Shown one piece after another: positions 36,353-49,889 of a stretch of 64,000 bases of DNA. Position 1 is the first letter of the stretch. The number at the start of each line of letters is the position of its first letter. Source of the DNA: Cetorhinus maximus. Its lineage: Eukaryota. The notes beneath the pieces are model-generated. The model made no database searches, was not told the origin of the DNA, and saw only the letters and a program-made list of their open reading frames with translations. Made by a program: the position numbers and the translations under genes. The stretch spans positions 78,120,001 to 78,184,000 of the forward strand of contig NC_135893.1 of assembly GCF_964194155.1 (NCBI RefSeq). Reading direction: 5' to 3'.

Positions 36353-36830
36353 TTTTTATTCATTCTTGGGATGTGAGCATCATTGGCTAGGCCAGCATTT
36401 ATTGTCCATCCCTAATTGCCCTTGAGAAGGGGGTGGTGAGCTGCCTTTTTGAACCGCTGTAGTCTATGTGGCATAGTTACACCCACAGTGCTATTAGGGA
36501 GGCCGTCCAGTTTGAAACAACTGAGTGGCTTGCTAGGCCATTTCAGAGGGCATTTAAGAGTCAACCACATTGCTGTGGGTCTGGAGTCACATGTAGACCA
36601 GGCCAGGCCAGGCCAGGTAAGGATGTCAGATTTCCTTCCCTAAAGAGCATGAGTGAACCAGATGGGTTTTTATGGCGATTGATTCATGGTCATCATTAGA
36701 CTTTTAATTCCAGGTTTTTTATTCAATAATAATGCCACCATCTGCTGTGGTGCGATTTGAACCTGGGTTCCCAGAGTATTACGCTGGATCTCTGGTCCAG
36801 TGAAAAATGCCACTATGCCACCCCCTCCCC
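36353..36830 (-). mobile_element. Complete SINE-like deletion derivative of the tRNA-headed LINE
   Basis: 5' end GGGGAGGGGGTGGCATAGTGG aligns with 6637; B box GGTTCAAATC; joins to the last about 155 nt of the LINE. Confidence 0.9.
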
Positions 36831-37887
36831 TTGAAGAACAATCTAACTCAACCAAACAATCTATGGCAGTCGTACAATGTAAAATGGCATTAGCTGGCTG
36901 GCAAATATCCATGAGGTGCTCTTCCTGTCAGCTCCTTCAGTAGGAAGATTTCCCATGAAAGATAAGCAATGAAGCTGTGCCAGTGAAAACAATGGCCTGC
37001 TCATAGGCAAACACTGTTTCATTAATAAATGGAGTTGTCAGCACAAGGATGCAGTATGAAAGGGAATTTTAAGTGGAACAGACAGACCAGAAGCGGCCCA
37101 GTGTTTTTAAGGGAATGCACCAACGTGAATAAAAGTGGCTATGCTGGGATCCAGATGGATCAAACTGCAACTCTAAAGGTCCTGAAAATATACTGTGGGG
37201 TGCTGGCTGCAAAAGCTTAATGCTTTCTCAAATTCCTCTCAAATTTACAGGGGTGCAATATTATTTATCCCACTTCAAGCCATATAATTTTTCTTTTAAA
37301 ATATTAATCATAGGGAATTTATGTAACACATTCAGAGAGCTAGTCAGAAGCAATTATTCATACAACATGAGTGTCAAATCTTCTACCAAACTGTGTCGAG
37401 GTTCAAAGTTCCAAAGATGCCGCCTGGAGGATAGTTTGTCAGTTCCTCCCTGGGATACACTTGCAGGGGGCACCAAAAAGCCTCTGGGCTTCATCCAAAT
37501 TTTTCTACATGAGCCTCGGCAGGGAGTGCCAACATGCTATTCTACCATGTTGGGCCTCTCAGCAGAGTCGAATCCTGTCCTCACCCAAATTTCCAGACAC
37601 AGTCACTCAACCACAACCAAAAATGGGAACCTTGACTGATTTTCTCCTCTGTAATCCAGAGTCAATAAGACCAATTCTATAATTATTGATCAGAGATCAG
37701 CCAAGCAGAGACACAAAAATCAGACCTAGGGACAACTGAACCTTCAGGTTGCAGTCAGGTCTCTCAAGGTGCAAACTGATTTAAAAACAGTTTATTTGCA
37801 TACACAGGCACAGAAACAGGCCATGCGACCCAACTAATCTATGCCAATGTTCATGTCCCACACAAGCCTCCTTCCACCTTACTTCAT

Positions 37888-40606
37888 AGATAGCAGTGAT
37901 CATAATATGGTTGAATTTTACATTCAGTTTGAGGGAGAGAAGAGTGGGTGGGTCCAGGGCTACTATTTTAAACTTAAGGGGGTAATTATAGGGGCATGAA
38001 AGCAAAGCTAGCTAGAGTGAACTGGAAAATTAGGTGAAGGGATCGGTCCATAGAGATGCAGTGGCAGGCTTTTAAAGGGATATTTCAGGATACACAGAAT
38101 AGATATATTCCAATGAGAAAGAAAACTTCCAAGGGGAGAATCCATAGTTAGCCACATGAGGTTAACTAAAAAAGTTAAAGACAGTTTGAAACTTAAAGAA
38201 AAAGCATATAATTGCGCAAATACAGGTGGCAGGTCAAAAGATTGGACAGAATATAAAGAACAGAAAAGAATGACAAAAAGATTCATAAGTAGGGAAATAT
38301 TCCCTAGCTGAAATATAAAAGACAGGTAGGAAGAGTTTCTGTAGATATTTGAATAAGAGTTAACAAAGTGAGCGTTGGTCCTATAGAAAGTGAATCTGGG
38401 GAGTTAATAATGGAAAGTAAGGAGAATGCGGATGAATTGAACAAGTATTTTGCATCAGTCTTCAGTGTAGGGAACACAAGTAACACCCCAGAAATAGCTG
38501 TAAATCAGAAAATGGAAGGGAGTGATGAACTCAGGAAAATTACAATCACCAGAGAAGTGGTATTGAGCAAATTGTTGGAGCTGCGGGCTGACAAGTACCC
38601 AGGTCCTGATGAACTTCATCCGAGGGTCTTGAAAGAAGTGGCTAGGGAGGTAGTTAATGGACTGGTTTTAATTTTCCAAAATTCCCTAGATTCAGGGAAG
38701 GTTCCATTTGATTGAAAAATAGCAAATGTAGCCCCTTTATTCAAAAAGGGAGGGAGACAGAAAGCAGGAAACTACAGGCCAGTTAGTTTAACATCTAGTC
38801 ATAGGAAAAATGTTAGAAGCTATTATTAAAGATGTTGAATGTTTAACCAATTTATTGGAGTTCTTTGAAGGAGTCACATGTATTGTAAATGAAGGGGAAC
38901 TGGTGGATGTACTGTAATTAGATTTCCAGAAGGCATTTGATGGTTGGCAGCGGTGTGCCACAGGGATCAGTGCTGGGGTCTCAACGTTTTACAATTTATA
39001 TAAATGACTTGGATGAAGGGCCAAGTGGTATGCTTGCTAAATTTGCTGACAAGACAAATATAGGTAGGAAATAAGTTGTGAAGAGGACGCAAGGAAGCTA
39101 TAAAGTGACATAGATAGGTTAAGTGAGTGGGCAAAGATCTGGGAAATGGAGTATAATGTGGGCATTATATTTTCGCAGGAAGAATAAAAAAGAAGCTTAT
39201 CATCTAAATGATGAGAGATTGCAGAGCTCTGAGATGCAGGGGAATCTGGGTGAATCACAAAAGGCTAGTATGCAGGGACAGCAGATAATTAGGCAAGCTA
39301 ATAGAATGTTATCATTTATTGCAAGGGGAATTGAATACAAAAGTAAAGAGGTTATGCTTCAGTTGTACTGGTCAAATCACATCTGGGGCAGAACCTTTCC
39401 CCCGTCGGTGTGGGGGGGGAAGTTGATGGGCGGGCACGCTTCAGATTGGCGCTCCCGATCGGAGACGCAGCGCCATTTTACGTGGGTGGGCCAATTAAGG
39501 CCTGTCCAGCGTGATGTCTAGATGGAAGCGCTATGTGCTCCCTGTGTGGGTGGGCCGGGGGGGAGAAATGCCTAAAATCGAGAGTGCACTCTTTCACACA
39601 TGCGCACGAAAGAGCACACCCATCTCCCTGAGGCTAAGTGCAGCCTCAGGGAGATCGCCTCTACTTTCAGAAATATTAAAAATAGAAAAAAAAAATTCCC
39701 TTACATGTCCCCTCATGTGACACTATCACATGAGTTGGGGCATGTTCATAATTTCCAAAAAAATTTTATTAAAATTTTTAAAACCCTACATGAAACCTCA
39801 TCCCACCGGTGGATGAGGTTTCATGGTTTTTCTATTAAGGTTGAACAGGCAGGTCCACTAATTACTTTAATTGATCTGTCAATGGTCTCAATTGGCTATT
39901 GACAGGTCGGCGGGCACGCAGCTGATTTTGATTTTCAGCCTTCCTGAAAATCTTAATGGGGCGCGGTGATGTCGGGAGATCCGCCCGACATCACCGCGCA
40001 TCATTTTAGGCATCGGCGAGCAGGCCCCACACCCACTCGCCGTCAGTAAAATCCTGCCCCTGGAGTATTGTGTACAATACTGGTCTCCTTATTTAAGGAA
40101 AGATGTAAATGCATTAGAAGCAGTTCAGAAAAGGTTTACTGGCTAATACAGGGATGGGCGGGTTGTCTTATGAGGACAGGTTAGACAGGTTAGGCTTGTA
40201 TCCACTTGAGTTTAGAAGAGTAAGAGGTGACTTGATTGAAACCTTTAAGATCCTGAGGGGTCTTGACAGAGTGGATGTGGAGAGGATGTTTCCTGTTGTG
40301 GGAGAATCTAGAATTAGGGGTCACGGTTTAAAAATAAGGGGTCGCTTATTTAAGACAGAGATGAGGAGAATTTTTTTTCTGAGGATCGTGAGTCTTTGGA
40401 ACTCTTCCTCAAAAGGCAGTGGAAACAGGGTCTTCGAATATTTTAAAGGCAGAGTTAGATAGACTTTTGATTAATAAGGGGGTGAAAGGTTATCGGGGGT
40501 GGCGGGAGGTTACAATCAGATCAACCACGGTCTTTTTGTATGGTGGAACAGGCTTGAAGGGCAAGTAGCCTACCTCTGCTCCAAGTTCATATGTTTGTAT
40601 GTTCAT
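37888..40606 (+). mobile_element. Degenerate CR1 LINE with internal deletions, inserted in an older minus-strand CR1 tail (about 37803-37887 and 40607-40745)
   Basis: [42 protein letters not shown]; TTCAT at both junctions. Confidence 0.88.
39386..40059 (-). mobile_element. Harbinger-type MITE inserted in CR1
   Basis: TIRs GGGCAGAA / ATCCTGCCC; perfect CTG TSD (39383-39385 and 40060-40062) splitting the CR1 HLEYC codons. Confidence 0.93.
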
Positions 40607-43102
40607 CGTACCCGATCAATACATTCTTCCATTCCTTTCTACCTAATGCATTTATCTAGCCTCCCCTTGAGCACATCTCATGCCATTCACCTCAACTATT
40701 TCATGTGGCAACCAGTTCCACATTCCTACCACTGAGTAAACCTGAATTCACCTTGTGGCGTTCGCACGCTTATCAACCTGGAGCACAAACCATGGGCAAT
40801 TTTTTCCTTCCTAACCTGTAAGCAGAGGTCAATCACAGTCCTCCTATCACAGCCCCACAATTGACTCATCACAGGCTGGGTATCAAATACAGGGACTTTC
40901 TGAACAAGTGCTATAGGCCCTCTGGCCTCCCTCTCCGCTGCAACATTCTATGATTGCCTGGCGCAGCTACTCACTTGCAGAATTAAATTTGTAATAGTGA
41001 TTAAATTTAAAAGCTGTTTGAACCAAGTGTGATTAATTAGTGAAGTTTGCCTTGACCTAAATCAACACCTTACTGAAATCCAGAATCAAAATGTTGTAGA
41101 TTATACTCAAAACACAACATTGCAGGGCATCTGCCCAAGCGTCCTGGACAGCTCCTACTGCACATACAACTTACTGAGGAATGTTTGCATTCATAGGTTC
41201 AGAACGCTTCCAAAAGAACAACAACAATGCACATTTATAAAGCATCTTTAAAATTGTACAACATTTATACAGCATTTGATGCAGGTCAATGCCTGGTATC
41301 CTGAGCAGCAGCAGTGATGGTGCCTTCAATTTGCAGCAGTCGCTGTGCCAGCTGCATCTGAGCCACCATTTTACCACCACATGGCAAACCAAAGAGCAGC
41401 TACTGGAGTGGGTTATTCTTTGCTAGCATGGCTCATGACTCTGCACATTCATACAATGAAAGCCATGCTAACATAAGAAATGTGAAAACAAACTATTGAA
41501 TGCTAAAACACTTTTGCTGCCTGGACCACTCTGAAGGAACCCTGCAGTGATCTGCAGCGCAGGTCTCAAGGTTCATGGTGGCCTGCTGTAAGCTGTACAA
41601 CCTCACCATCATGAAGCCATCGCCCTTGCCACCACCCGATGGCATTCCGCTGAGGAGCAGAAGGAGGAGAAAGGTGAAGGCAATAGAGAGTCAGTGAAAG
41701 TTTAATTAATTTTGTGGTTGGCTTTTATTTTTGCATTGTTGCCAAGTAGACACTTCAATGCCTAGTGGATGGTAAGATGTTGAACTGTTGGTCAATGAGG
41801 AATTGGCATCGTGTGAATTCCTGAGGGTTTGTCCTGGGGAGTGGCAGTGGCTCCATGGAGCACAAACCTGTTTCTCTCACGATGACAGCATTCGACCCCC
41901 ATTACCAATTTGTCAGTGCCTTTCCTGTTGTTAGTCAGCCAACCAACCCAGACAGCTGCAGCCCATGCTGAGATGGTGCATTCATAGGCATTCCCCTTGG
42001 AATGCAGCATCACAGGAAGAATGTGTAGAGGCGACATAGAGCAGGAAAAGCTGCTGGAAGAGGGAGGAGGAGGAGGAAGTGGCAATTAGGAGCTCTCAGC
42101 GGGAAGAGTTTAACGTTCAGAGTGTAGCCAACCACAAAATAAGCATTTCAAACCAAATTTATCTTGCAAAGCATGCCAACTGCATACAAACATAAACATT
42201 TCCTTATTGCTTGTTTACGGTGTGCTTTTGCTTGTCCCAATGCTGCTACACAAGTAGCTGCAGCATGGCTGTAGGAAGGCTGCTGAAATTCATTGGAGAA
42301 GACTGAAGGTGGCACTGGAGGACACCTTAGAATAACTCTGAGGCTAAGATGCCCAGCCTCAGAATGGGCTGCAACAGTCGGAGGTGGCTGGCTGACCAGC
42401 AACAGCAAGGACACTGGCAAAGCGACAATGGGAGGAGGCAGGGGGATGCGGAGAGGGCAAATGTCCTCATCTCGAGAGAGGACAGCAAGTTCATGCTCCC
42501 CACTACCACTGCCACTCCCCAGGACAAACCTTCAGCAGTCCTAGCAGTCTGTTGGAGGACACATCTGCTGCGGATCCCTGCAAGCCCCTTTCAACACTGG
42601 TATTCACAGCCATGACAGCAGAAGTGTGAGCTTGTGTGGCAGCCAGTGGGGCTTGTATTTCAGAAGTCTGAGTTTCCACTGCAGCCCTCAGACATTGGGT
42701 GGTTTCTGCCTGTGCTGCAATGGAAACTGAGACATCAGCCATCAGACAGCACACCATGTTCAGGTCTGCAAGTGTTCGCGTGGAGTCGGCCACCACTTCT
42801 ACACTGTAAAACATGGGCTCCGAGCTCTACGCAAAGTCCTGTGTCAAGTTGGTGCTGGTCTCCTCTGTGCTCCTTGACATTCTGGCAGGTCTGCCAACGC
42901 ACCAAGCATTTCAAAATGCTGAAAAATTAGACTTCTTCTGTAGCTCTTCGGAATCCTCAGGAGCAGAGCTCGTGTGGAACCTCATCCACCGACAATCTGA
43001 CCTTGGTGCAACCGGGTCTCCTGCCCTGGCTGCAGATCCTTCATGCCCAATGTTAATCATATGCAAACTCCTTTTCTGAGTTATCCTTTTAAGGTACACA
43101 CA

Positions 43103-43746
43103 GGGTGATATTTAATGGAGAAGACGAGGATCGTGCCCATCAGTTGGAGGGCCAGTGAGAGCTCTGTGTCGCCAATTTTAGGGAAGGCACTTCACAGGCC
43201 AGCTGCAGGCCCTCCTCCAGGATCTAGGACCCCAGAGGAGAGAGGGGGGGGGGGAAAGAAGTCTTGTCCGCCAAGAGCTGCCAACCAATCAGAGGCCAGC
43301 AGCTCTATTGAATGCAGTGCCATTGGGGGAGACAGTGGCTGTTGTTGGTAGGATATCCTCCAAGGCCTAGGGTTGTGGACAGACCCAGGCCTCAGGTAAG
43401 TGATGGCTCTCAGCGGGTGCCCTAACTTTCTGATGCCAGGATCAAGCCTTTGAACAAGAGACCCGCCTTTGCTCTCCCCAGATGCCCGCAAGCAGCCCAC
43501 ATGGGTTTGCTTGTCGTGCTCCCTGCATGGCAAACCCCTGCCTACTGCTGGTTTAATATAAGCAGTGGTGGGATGAAGCCCTTAAGTGGGCATTAATGGC
43601 CCATTCAAAGACCTCAATTGGCGGCGGGGCGAGAAAGCTACCCATGGGCCTTCCTGCCACAGACTTAATTGGGGTGGAGGCAGGAAGGTAGCAGGGTTCC
43701 CACCCGCCGCCAAACTCCTCACTGAGGAGGGCATTAAATTCCGTCC
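43103..43746. mobile_element. Non-autonomous Harbinger-type element (second family)
   Basis: Ends GGGTGATATTTAATG / CATTAAATTCCGTCC; flanks ACA/ATA. Confidence 0.6.
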
Positions 43747-43793
43747 ATAATGTCAAGTGTTTGAGCTGGTGGCTTGTGAAAGCAAGAGACAGT

Positions 43794-43921
43794 GGCCGGG
43801 ATTTTCTGATCCTGTCGTGGTTGGACCCGACACGGGAGATTCGGTGGACCATCCAAAAGTCCACTGACTTTCGGCAGGACCAGACGATCCTGGCGATGGG
43901 CGGGGTTAGAAAATCCTGCCC
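43794..43921. mobile_element. 128-bp Harbinger-type MITE
   Basis: TIRs GGCCGGGATTTTCT / AGAAAATCCTGCCC; inverted homolog at 62453-62555; TSD not clear. Confidence 0.7.
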
Positions 43922-44557
43922 CACGTTTCTTGTTCATAGTGTCTTTATGTTCTTCCACCTCTTGTTCTTCCATTACTGCCTGGCCAGATGGTAATTCTCG
44001 AGTATTTGGAAGGGGAAAGATGCAAGGGTAGGGTTGGCGCTCGGGGACAGCGGAGGGAGGTGGAATTGAAAGGAGCAACTTTACTCCATCTGCAGCTTTA
44101 AAATCAGGAGAGGTTGTGCGATGAGGGGGAAGTTGGATTTGAGAAGCACGATTTGGTATGTCATCGCCATTGATTTTTTCAGCTCCACTGCTGGCCACTG
44201 CTTCAGTCATGCACACTCCAAAGGTGGCAAGAGCCATCTCCATGATGATAAGGATACGCCTGTCCCCCCGCAGCAGTTAGCTCCTGGTGCCTGTGGTTAT
44301 ATTCCAACTTGTTCGACAAGAGAGAGGGAAGTGTGTCAATGAGTGTGGTGCAATGTGTTTGGCTGTCATGATATGACTGTCATGGTCAAATAGCTGGCAA
44401 CGTGTGTCAGCTGCAAGATGTGAGTGTGAGGCTTGCAGCAGAAGCTATGAATTTTCAGGACAGCTTGAGATTGTTGGCTGATGAGTGGCACTTGGAGTGG
44501 GTAGTGGTGCAATTGGTAGAGTATGGCAGTTGCAGATGTATTCGCAGACTTTGATCA

Positions 44558-44710
44558 TTGTCATGGGATCTTTTATGTCCACCTAAGAGCAGATGGAGTC
44601 TCGATTTAACCCACCTGAAAGACAGCACGTCTGACATTTCCGCACTCCCTCAGTACTGCACCAAAGTGTCAGCCTGGGTATGTGCTCCAGTCTCTGCACT
44701 GGGACTTCAA
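44558..44710 (-). mobile_element. Deu-domain-type SINE fragment
   Basis: CATGGGATCTTTTATGTCCACCT...CACTCCCTCAGTACTGCAC shared with other copies. Confidence 0.7.
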
Positions 44711-45184
44711 TATTTTAATATTTAATAGTACCACCTCTTTCTCTCTGATTGTTAAATACAAAGATTTTCAGAATCAATATAAAATCATTTGTTATAGCTG
44801 TTATGGAAAATGTCAAATAAACTATGTTGAGACATTAATAAATAATTCACATCATCTTAGGTGCCTTTTAACATGTATCAATACATGCTTTAACAGTAAA
44901 CTAATGAATATATTTACCATCCTATAAATAGCATCAGAAGCCAAATTCTCTCTCATTCCTGATGGAGCATCAATGATTATTCATGGAAAGCATAATTCAT
45001 CAGTTAATTTCATTCCTCTTCCATACATCCATTCAGAACTCCCAACTTCACAGTCAGGTACTCTACCCTTTTAATATGTGCCCAATGTTCTACAGTATTA
45101 TCAGTTACATGTGAAGAAAACTAGAAGAATGAAGGGAAAGGGGAACAATACAGAGTCATTGTGAAAATATTTCAAAGTACTTAC

Positions 45185-45244
45185 CAAAATCACTTGTGCA
45201 CACAGCCATAAGGACTTCTGTGTCGTTGCATGGTCTACACGCTC
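45185..45244 (-). CDS. METRN: Meteorin, penultimate 60-bp exon
   Basis: Acceptor TTGTTTGTGTTGACTGTAG, donor GTAAGT; encodes (G)ACRPCNDTEVLMAVCTSDF; final G plus TT of the next exon gives Val in frame. Confidence 0.92.
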
Positions 45245-46220
45245 CTACAGTCAACACAAACAAGCATATTTAGTCTTTCTGTAGGTTTTTGGTTATCATG
45301 CAGAAAAAAAAACATGCCTACTGAGTAGGTGAATTCAAATTATTTTAAACTTAACAGAAATCAATTGACTGCCACGAAAATTGCAAACATTCTCTAATGT
45401 GGTCACAGAAGTGCAAAATTAGAATACTTTAGAAATCACTTGTTCATTAGTTCTGGTGTGAAATAATTTCTAGCTCCCGTCTGTTTTCTTTTGCTTCCTT
45501 GAAGGTGCTGATTCTTGCTGGGGTGTGGATCCATTGGTGCCTTGTCCGATTGGCCTATCTTAATTTTAAACCCCGGAAAGCTGACGTGATACATACGCAC
45601 GCACGCGCACACACAAACACAAACACTTTACTGTTCGATACGAGAGCCCTGAGTTAGGCTTTTCCCCAAACTAGAAATGCTGACATATGGACCTAGAGCA
45701 ATTGTACCCGTGAACTTCTGAACCATGGAAATTGTTGGTTTTCAGAAATTCCAGAGTCAGCCAACTTAAGCAGTCCCACCAGCAAAGGGTGGGGAGGTAG
45801 GGGCAGTGTTCAACATATTGAGGGTGGGGCAAGCACACTGAAAAAGCTGATAAGGGGTAAGGCAAGGTCATAACTTACTTACCTAATGGCGGGTGTAAGA
45901 GAGTGAGGTCCTTAGGTTGGAAGACTTTAATGTGCCAGCATACAGTTCAGAATGTGAGGTACTTTATACTTATGGCCATTGCGGGATCTTAAAACTTTCA
46001 GCTTTATCAGCATAGTTCCCTGGGCCAACAAGCGATGTGTTGCTATAATTGTGGAACTAGTGACATAATTACACGCTTGCCAGGCCAATAAGAAAGGTTA
46101 AGACATTGAACCAGCTGACAATGCTATTTTTTTCACCAAGGCAACATATATATTCCACACCTGTACTGTAGATTTTGGTAGGAGGAGGATAATTTGTTTC
46201 TGAAATCAAAAATAAATTAT

Positions 46221-46895
46221 GAGCTGAATTTTTAAGCTCGGCAGACGGGTGTGCGCCTGACCTGATCGGACGCAAATTCGCACGAGATGACATTGGGCGC
46301 GCATCCCAATGTCATCCCATGCTCGCGTAATATTTTGGTCGGCGGGCGTGCGCAAAAGTCGGAAGCGTACCCGCCGACAATTAAGAGGCCCATTAAGGTT
46401 ATTAAAGGTGCAATTGTTTCAAATTTTTCATGGTTCGTCCATGGTTAGCAGATGGGCGAATTGGCCATCATTTTTCATCAAACCTCATTGAAGGGCGGGA
46501 TGAGATTTCCATTATTAAACGAAAGAAAAGGAAAAATCTATGGACAGCATTTTTATCACGCATGTGTTCAGGTGACTGATTGTGATGCTTGCACATTTTT
46601 CTCCTGATTTTACAAATTTTATTTAATGCTTTTCATGCCTTCAGCTCACTGAGGAGCCTTCAGGGAGCTTTCTCTCAGCGCTCACCCACGCCTGCGCAGA
46701 TGTCAGCGCCCGCCCTCCTCCCTCCCCCACCACCCCAGCAGCATTGAGCTTCTTAGCACGTTACACGCTAACTAGCCGTTAATTGACCAGTCAGCGTGAA
46801 ATTGTGGTTGGGGGCCAATTGCGGTTGGCAGTCCGTTCCCCGGCTGATCCCAGACCCACCGATCCCGCCCGCCCGCCAACCTAAAAATTCCGCCC
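46221..46895 (+). mobile_element. Harbinger-type MITE
   Basis: Ends GAGCTGAATTTTTA / TAAAAATTCCGCCC; flanks TAT/TGT; colinear with 2305-2988. Confidence 0.88.
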
Positions 46896-48104
46896 TGTAT
46901 CTTTCTTGAAGCTTATAGATGTTATCCTGTAATGAACACTAATATAATAACAAATCTCAGTTAATACAGAAATTAGAAGTTACTGCAAGCTCCTAGCAAC
47001 CACAATTAAAGAAATGATTTTTTTTTTCCAGTTTTACAAATAAATCAGGGATTGCTTGGAAGCAGAATCTCCCTGATGAAGATTTGCAAACATTTGGAAG
47101 CTTTTTTAATGCATTAGTTGGAGCTTGGAGGTTAAATACAATTTTTTTTTCTTAAATCACTGGCTGTAAAACAGGAGAGGTTGGACCATTGACCAGTTTT
47201 AGACCAGCTTTTTTTGACAAAAAGAGAAAAAAAATCAGGCGCCAATTATCTATTTTTCACCCAATGCTAAAGTTAAATTATCTGCAAAGGCTTCAATTCA
47301 GTTTTGTGAAACTGAAATAACCAAAGCTTTAATTTGTCAAGTTTTCGGTTTCTGGAAAGTATTTTATTGAAAACATGTAATCTAGTTGTCAACTGGTGGG
47401 TTTTCTTTAATCATCTTTGGGAACAAAACATCCCAGGCCCACAAAGGCCTATTCAAAACCACCGTAATTTCAACAATCGTGTTTAGCCTAAATGGTATTT
47501 CTGGTCAATAAAGCCTCTCTTATTCTCAAATCAGTAAACCACAGCCAGAAGCTGTTCAATAACAGGAGTTTCTGTGTGATGCTTGATGCAAAAATAGTTC
47601 AAACCCTGTTCGATTACACTAAGCTACATTGTTGCATGTCCACCGGTGAAGGCAATCCCACTGGGACAATAACTAGGGAATACTTTCTGGGTAAACCCAG
47701 AATGTTGAAATACACTATAATGAGCAAACCACATAACCCTCAAAATGACTGGTAATGTCAAATCTAGGTCATACTGGAATATTTTCTGTGAACACTCAGT
47801 GTGTATTCTCGATCGATAGTATCACGTCCCTGAGAAACTAGGAACGCATTCAGGTTTTTAAAAAAAAAAATATATATATATAGCGATGGCCATCGGGTAC
47901 TCGTTTCGATCAAGATGGAGCACAAATCAACACTGGGTGGGATGGCTACACATGTCCAATTGCTGTGGAGCAATATTTCATCCTCAAGTAAACTTACCCC
48001 ACATACCACTGCATTTAGGTGATAAAGTTGTCATTTTTAACACATGCACAAGTGGAAAGATGCTCCCCAGTAGTAACAGCACGTTAAAATTACTGTTGTA
48101 GGTA

Positions 48105-48655
48105 TGTTATTGTCTACCATATGTACAAGAACTTCCAAATCTCCCTGAATACCAACATTTACTAATCTATCATCTAAAAAAATATGCTTTACTATTCATC
48201 CTACAAAAGCAGACAGTTTCACATTCTCCCTCATTATAACCGCATCAGCCATGTTCTTGCCCAATCATTTCACCTGTCTATATCCCTTTTCAACCCCTTT
48301 GTATCCTCCTCGCAACTCACTTTCCCAAGTAGCTTTATATTGTCAACAAACCTGGATATATTGCACTCTGTCCCTTCAACTAAGTCATTAATATAGATTG
48401 TAAGTAGCTGAGGCCGAAGCACTAATCCTTATTTGCCCCATTAGTTACCCCCTGCCACCTCGAAAATGATCAATTCATTCCTACTCTTTTCTCACCATTA
48501 ACCAATCCTAAATCCTTGCTAATACATTACTGCCCATCCCACGAGCCATAATCTTGTGTAACAACCTCTTGCCAATGTCCTCTGAAAATCCAAATATGCT
48601 GTATCCACTGGCTTCTCCCTTATCCGCCCGACTGATTAAAACCTCAAAAAAAAAA
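48105..48655 (-). mobile_element. Old CR1 RT fragment
   Basis: Nucleotide similarity to about 14050-14640. Confidence 0.7.
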
Positions 48656-49889
48656 ATCTTGCCTTTAATGTCTCCTTTCTTTGGCAAATAGTGACACAAG
48701 AGCCTTCGAGCTTGCAACAGGTCTTTGACTGAGAGTAATAATCATTATTGTGGAAAATTCAAAGATGTTCTCCACTAGCACCCAGGTAATACGGAGTGAT
48801 TATTGTAAGCAGTTCTGTTGAAATTGCCTACCATATGTGCGCTTAGATAATCACAAAACAGGCCCAGTCACACTCAACAACACCTTAAGTTTTTGTCTGT
48901 TTTATAAGGCAGAGGTGTATTGTCATTCTGGTCAAGATTGAAACCTTATGATGCTTGAAACTCCAATTTTTTGCTCTCGGTTTGGCATACCCGCCTTGGG
49001 GGAAAGTGCCCCAAAAGGCACGATTTATGCACTGGGGTGAGGGGGTTGGGTCCACCCTCAGATGCAGATCAGAGGCGGCCAGAGGGTCTGTTGAGTGCTG
49101 AGGCGGACTGTTTAAATGTCCCATCTCAGTTTTCTGGGACTTTATCTCGGTTCTTTAGTTAAATATTAGGCACTATAGCCCTCACCCTTCACATCCCACC
49201 ACCCCCCACCTACTCTCCATGCCCCATGCATGCCAACTCATGCCCATCCACTTCCATGGCCCTTTATAGCCTCCATGCCAACTTAATTCCAACTCATGCT
49301 GACCATAGACCCCAGCAACCACCCTTTGCCCTTACACCATCCATGCCAATTCACCCAGTATCCACTATGGGCAGACCTCAGGAGCCATGTTGAGATGAAA
49401 TAAAATAAAGATTTAAATATCTATTACAGCTTTCACTAAAAATAAAAAAACACTCCCAATCAAAACTTCAAAAAGCCCCTCAAGTACTTAATACCTCATC
49501 AAAACAAACAGACATGTACTCATAACCCCACAACTAATTATTTAATAACTTCTTTGAGCTGTCAATCAAACTGTCAAATTACAATCCCCTCTGCTGGGAT
49601 AATTGTTGGTTGTGGAAAGCAGCCAGACATTAATAATGATACAACGATAGCCCTTGGGGTCACATCAACAAACAACTATTGTAACTACCAGAACGGATAG
49701 TTTTCAACTCTCACTGATGCGGGCAGGCTGTTTTTTCAAAATTTTAAAAGACTGCGGTTTAAATAACTTGATAGCTTGACAGTTCTACATACCTTATCCA
49801 CCATTCATGAGCATTTACCATAAATTCTGAACACCCACACTGTGGATTAACGTCTATGCTACAGCAAAAATTGGGTCCTTTTGAACTCA

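Larger units (their letters stand above)
41270..44530. mobile_element. Old Harbinger remnants: transposase C-terminus on + (about 41270-41690) and partner-gene remnants on - (about 41770-43000 and 43930-44530)
   Basis: YNESHA..RNV, CLDHSEGTLQ, VSRFMVACCKLYNL; low-complexity partner-like peptides on minus. Confidence 0.6.
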
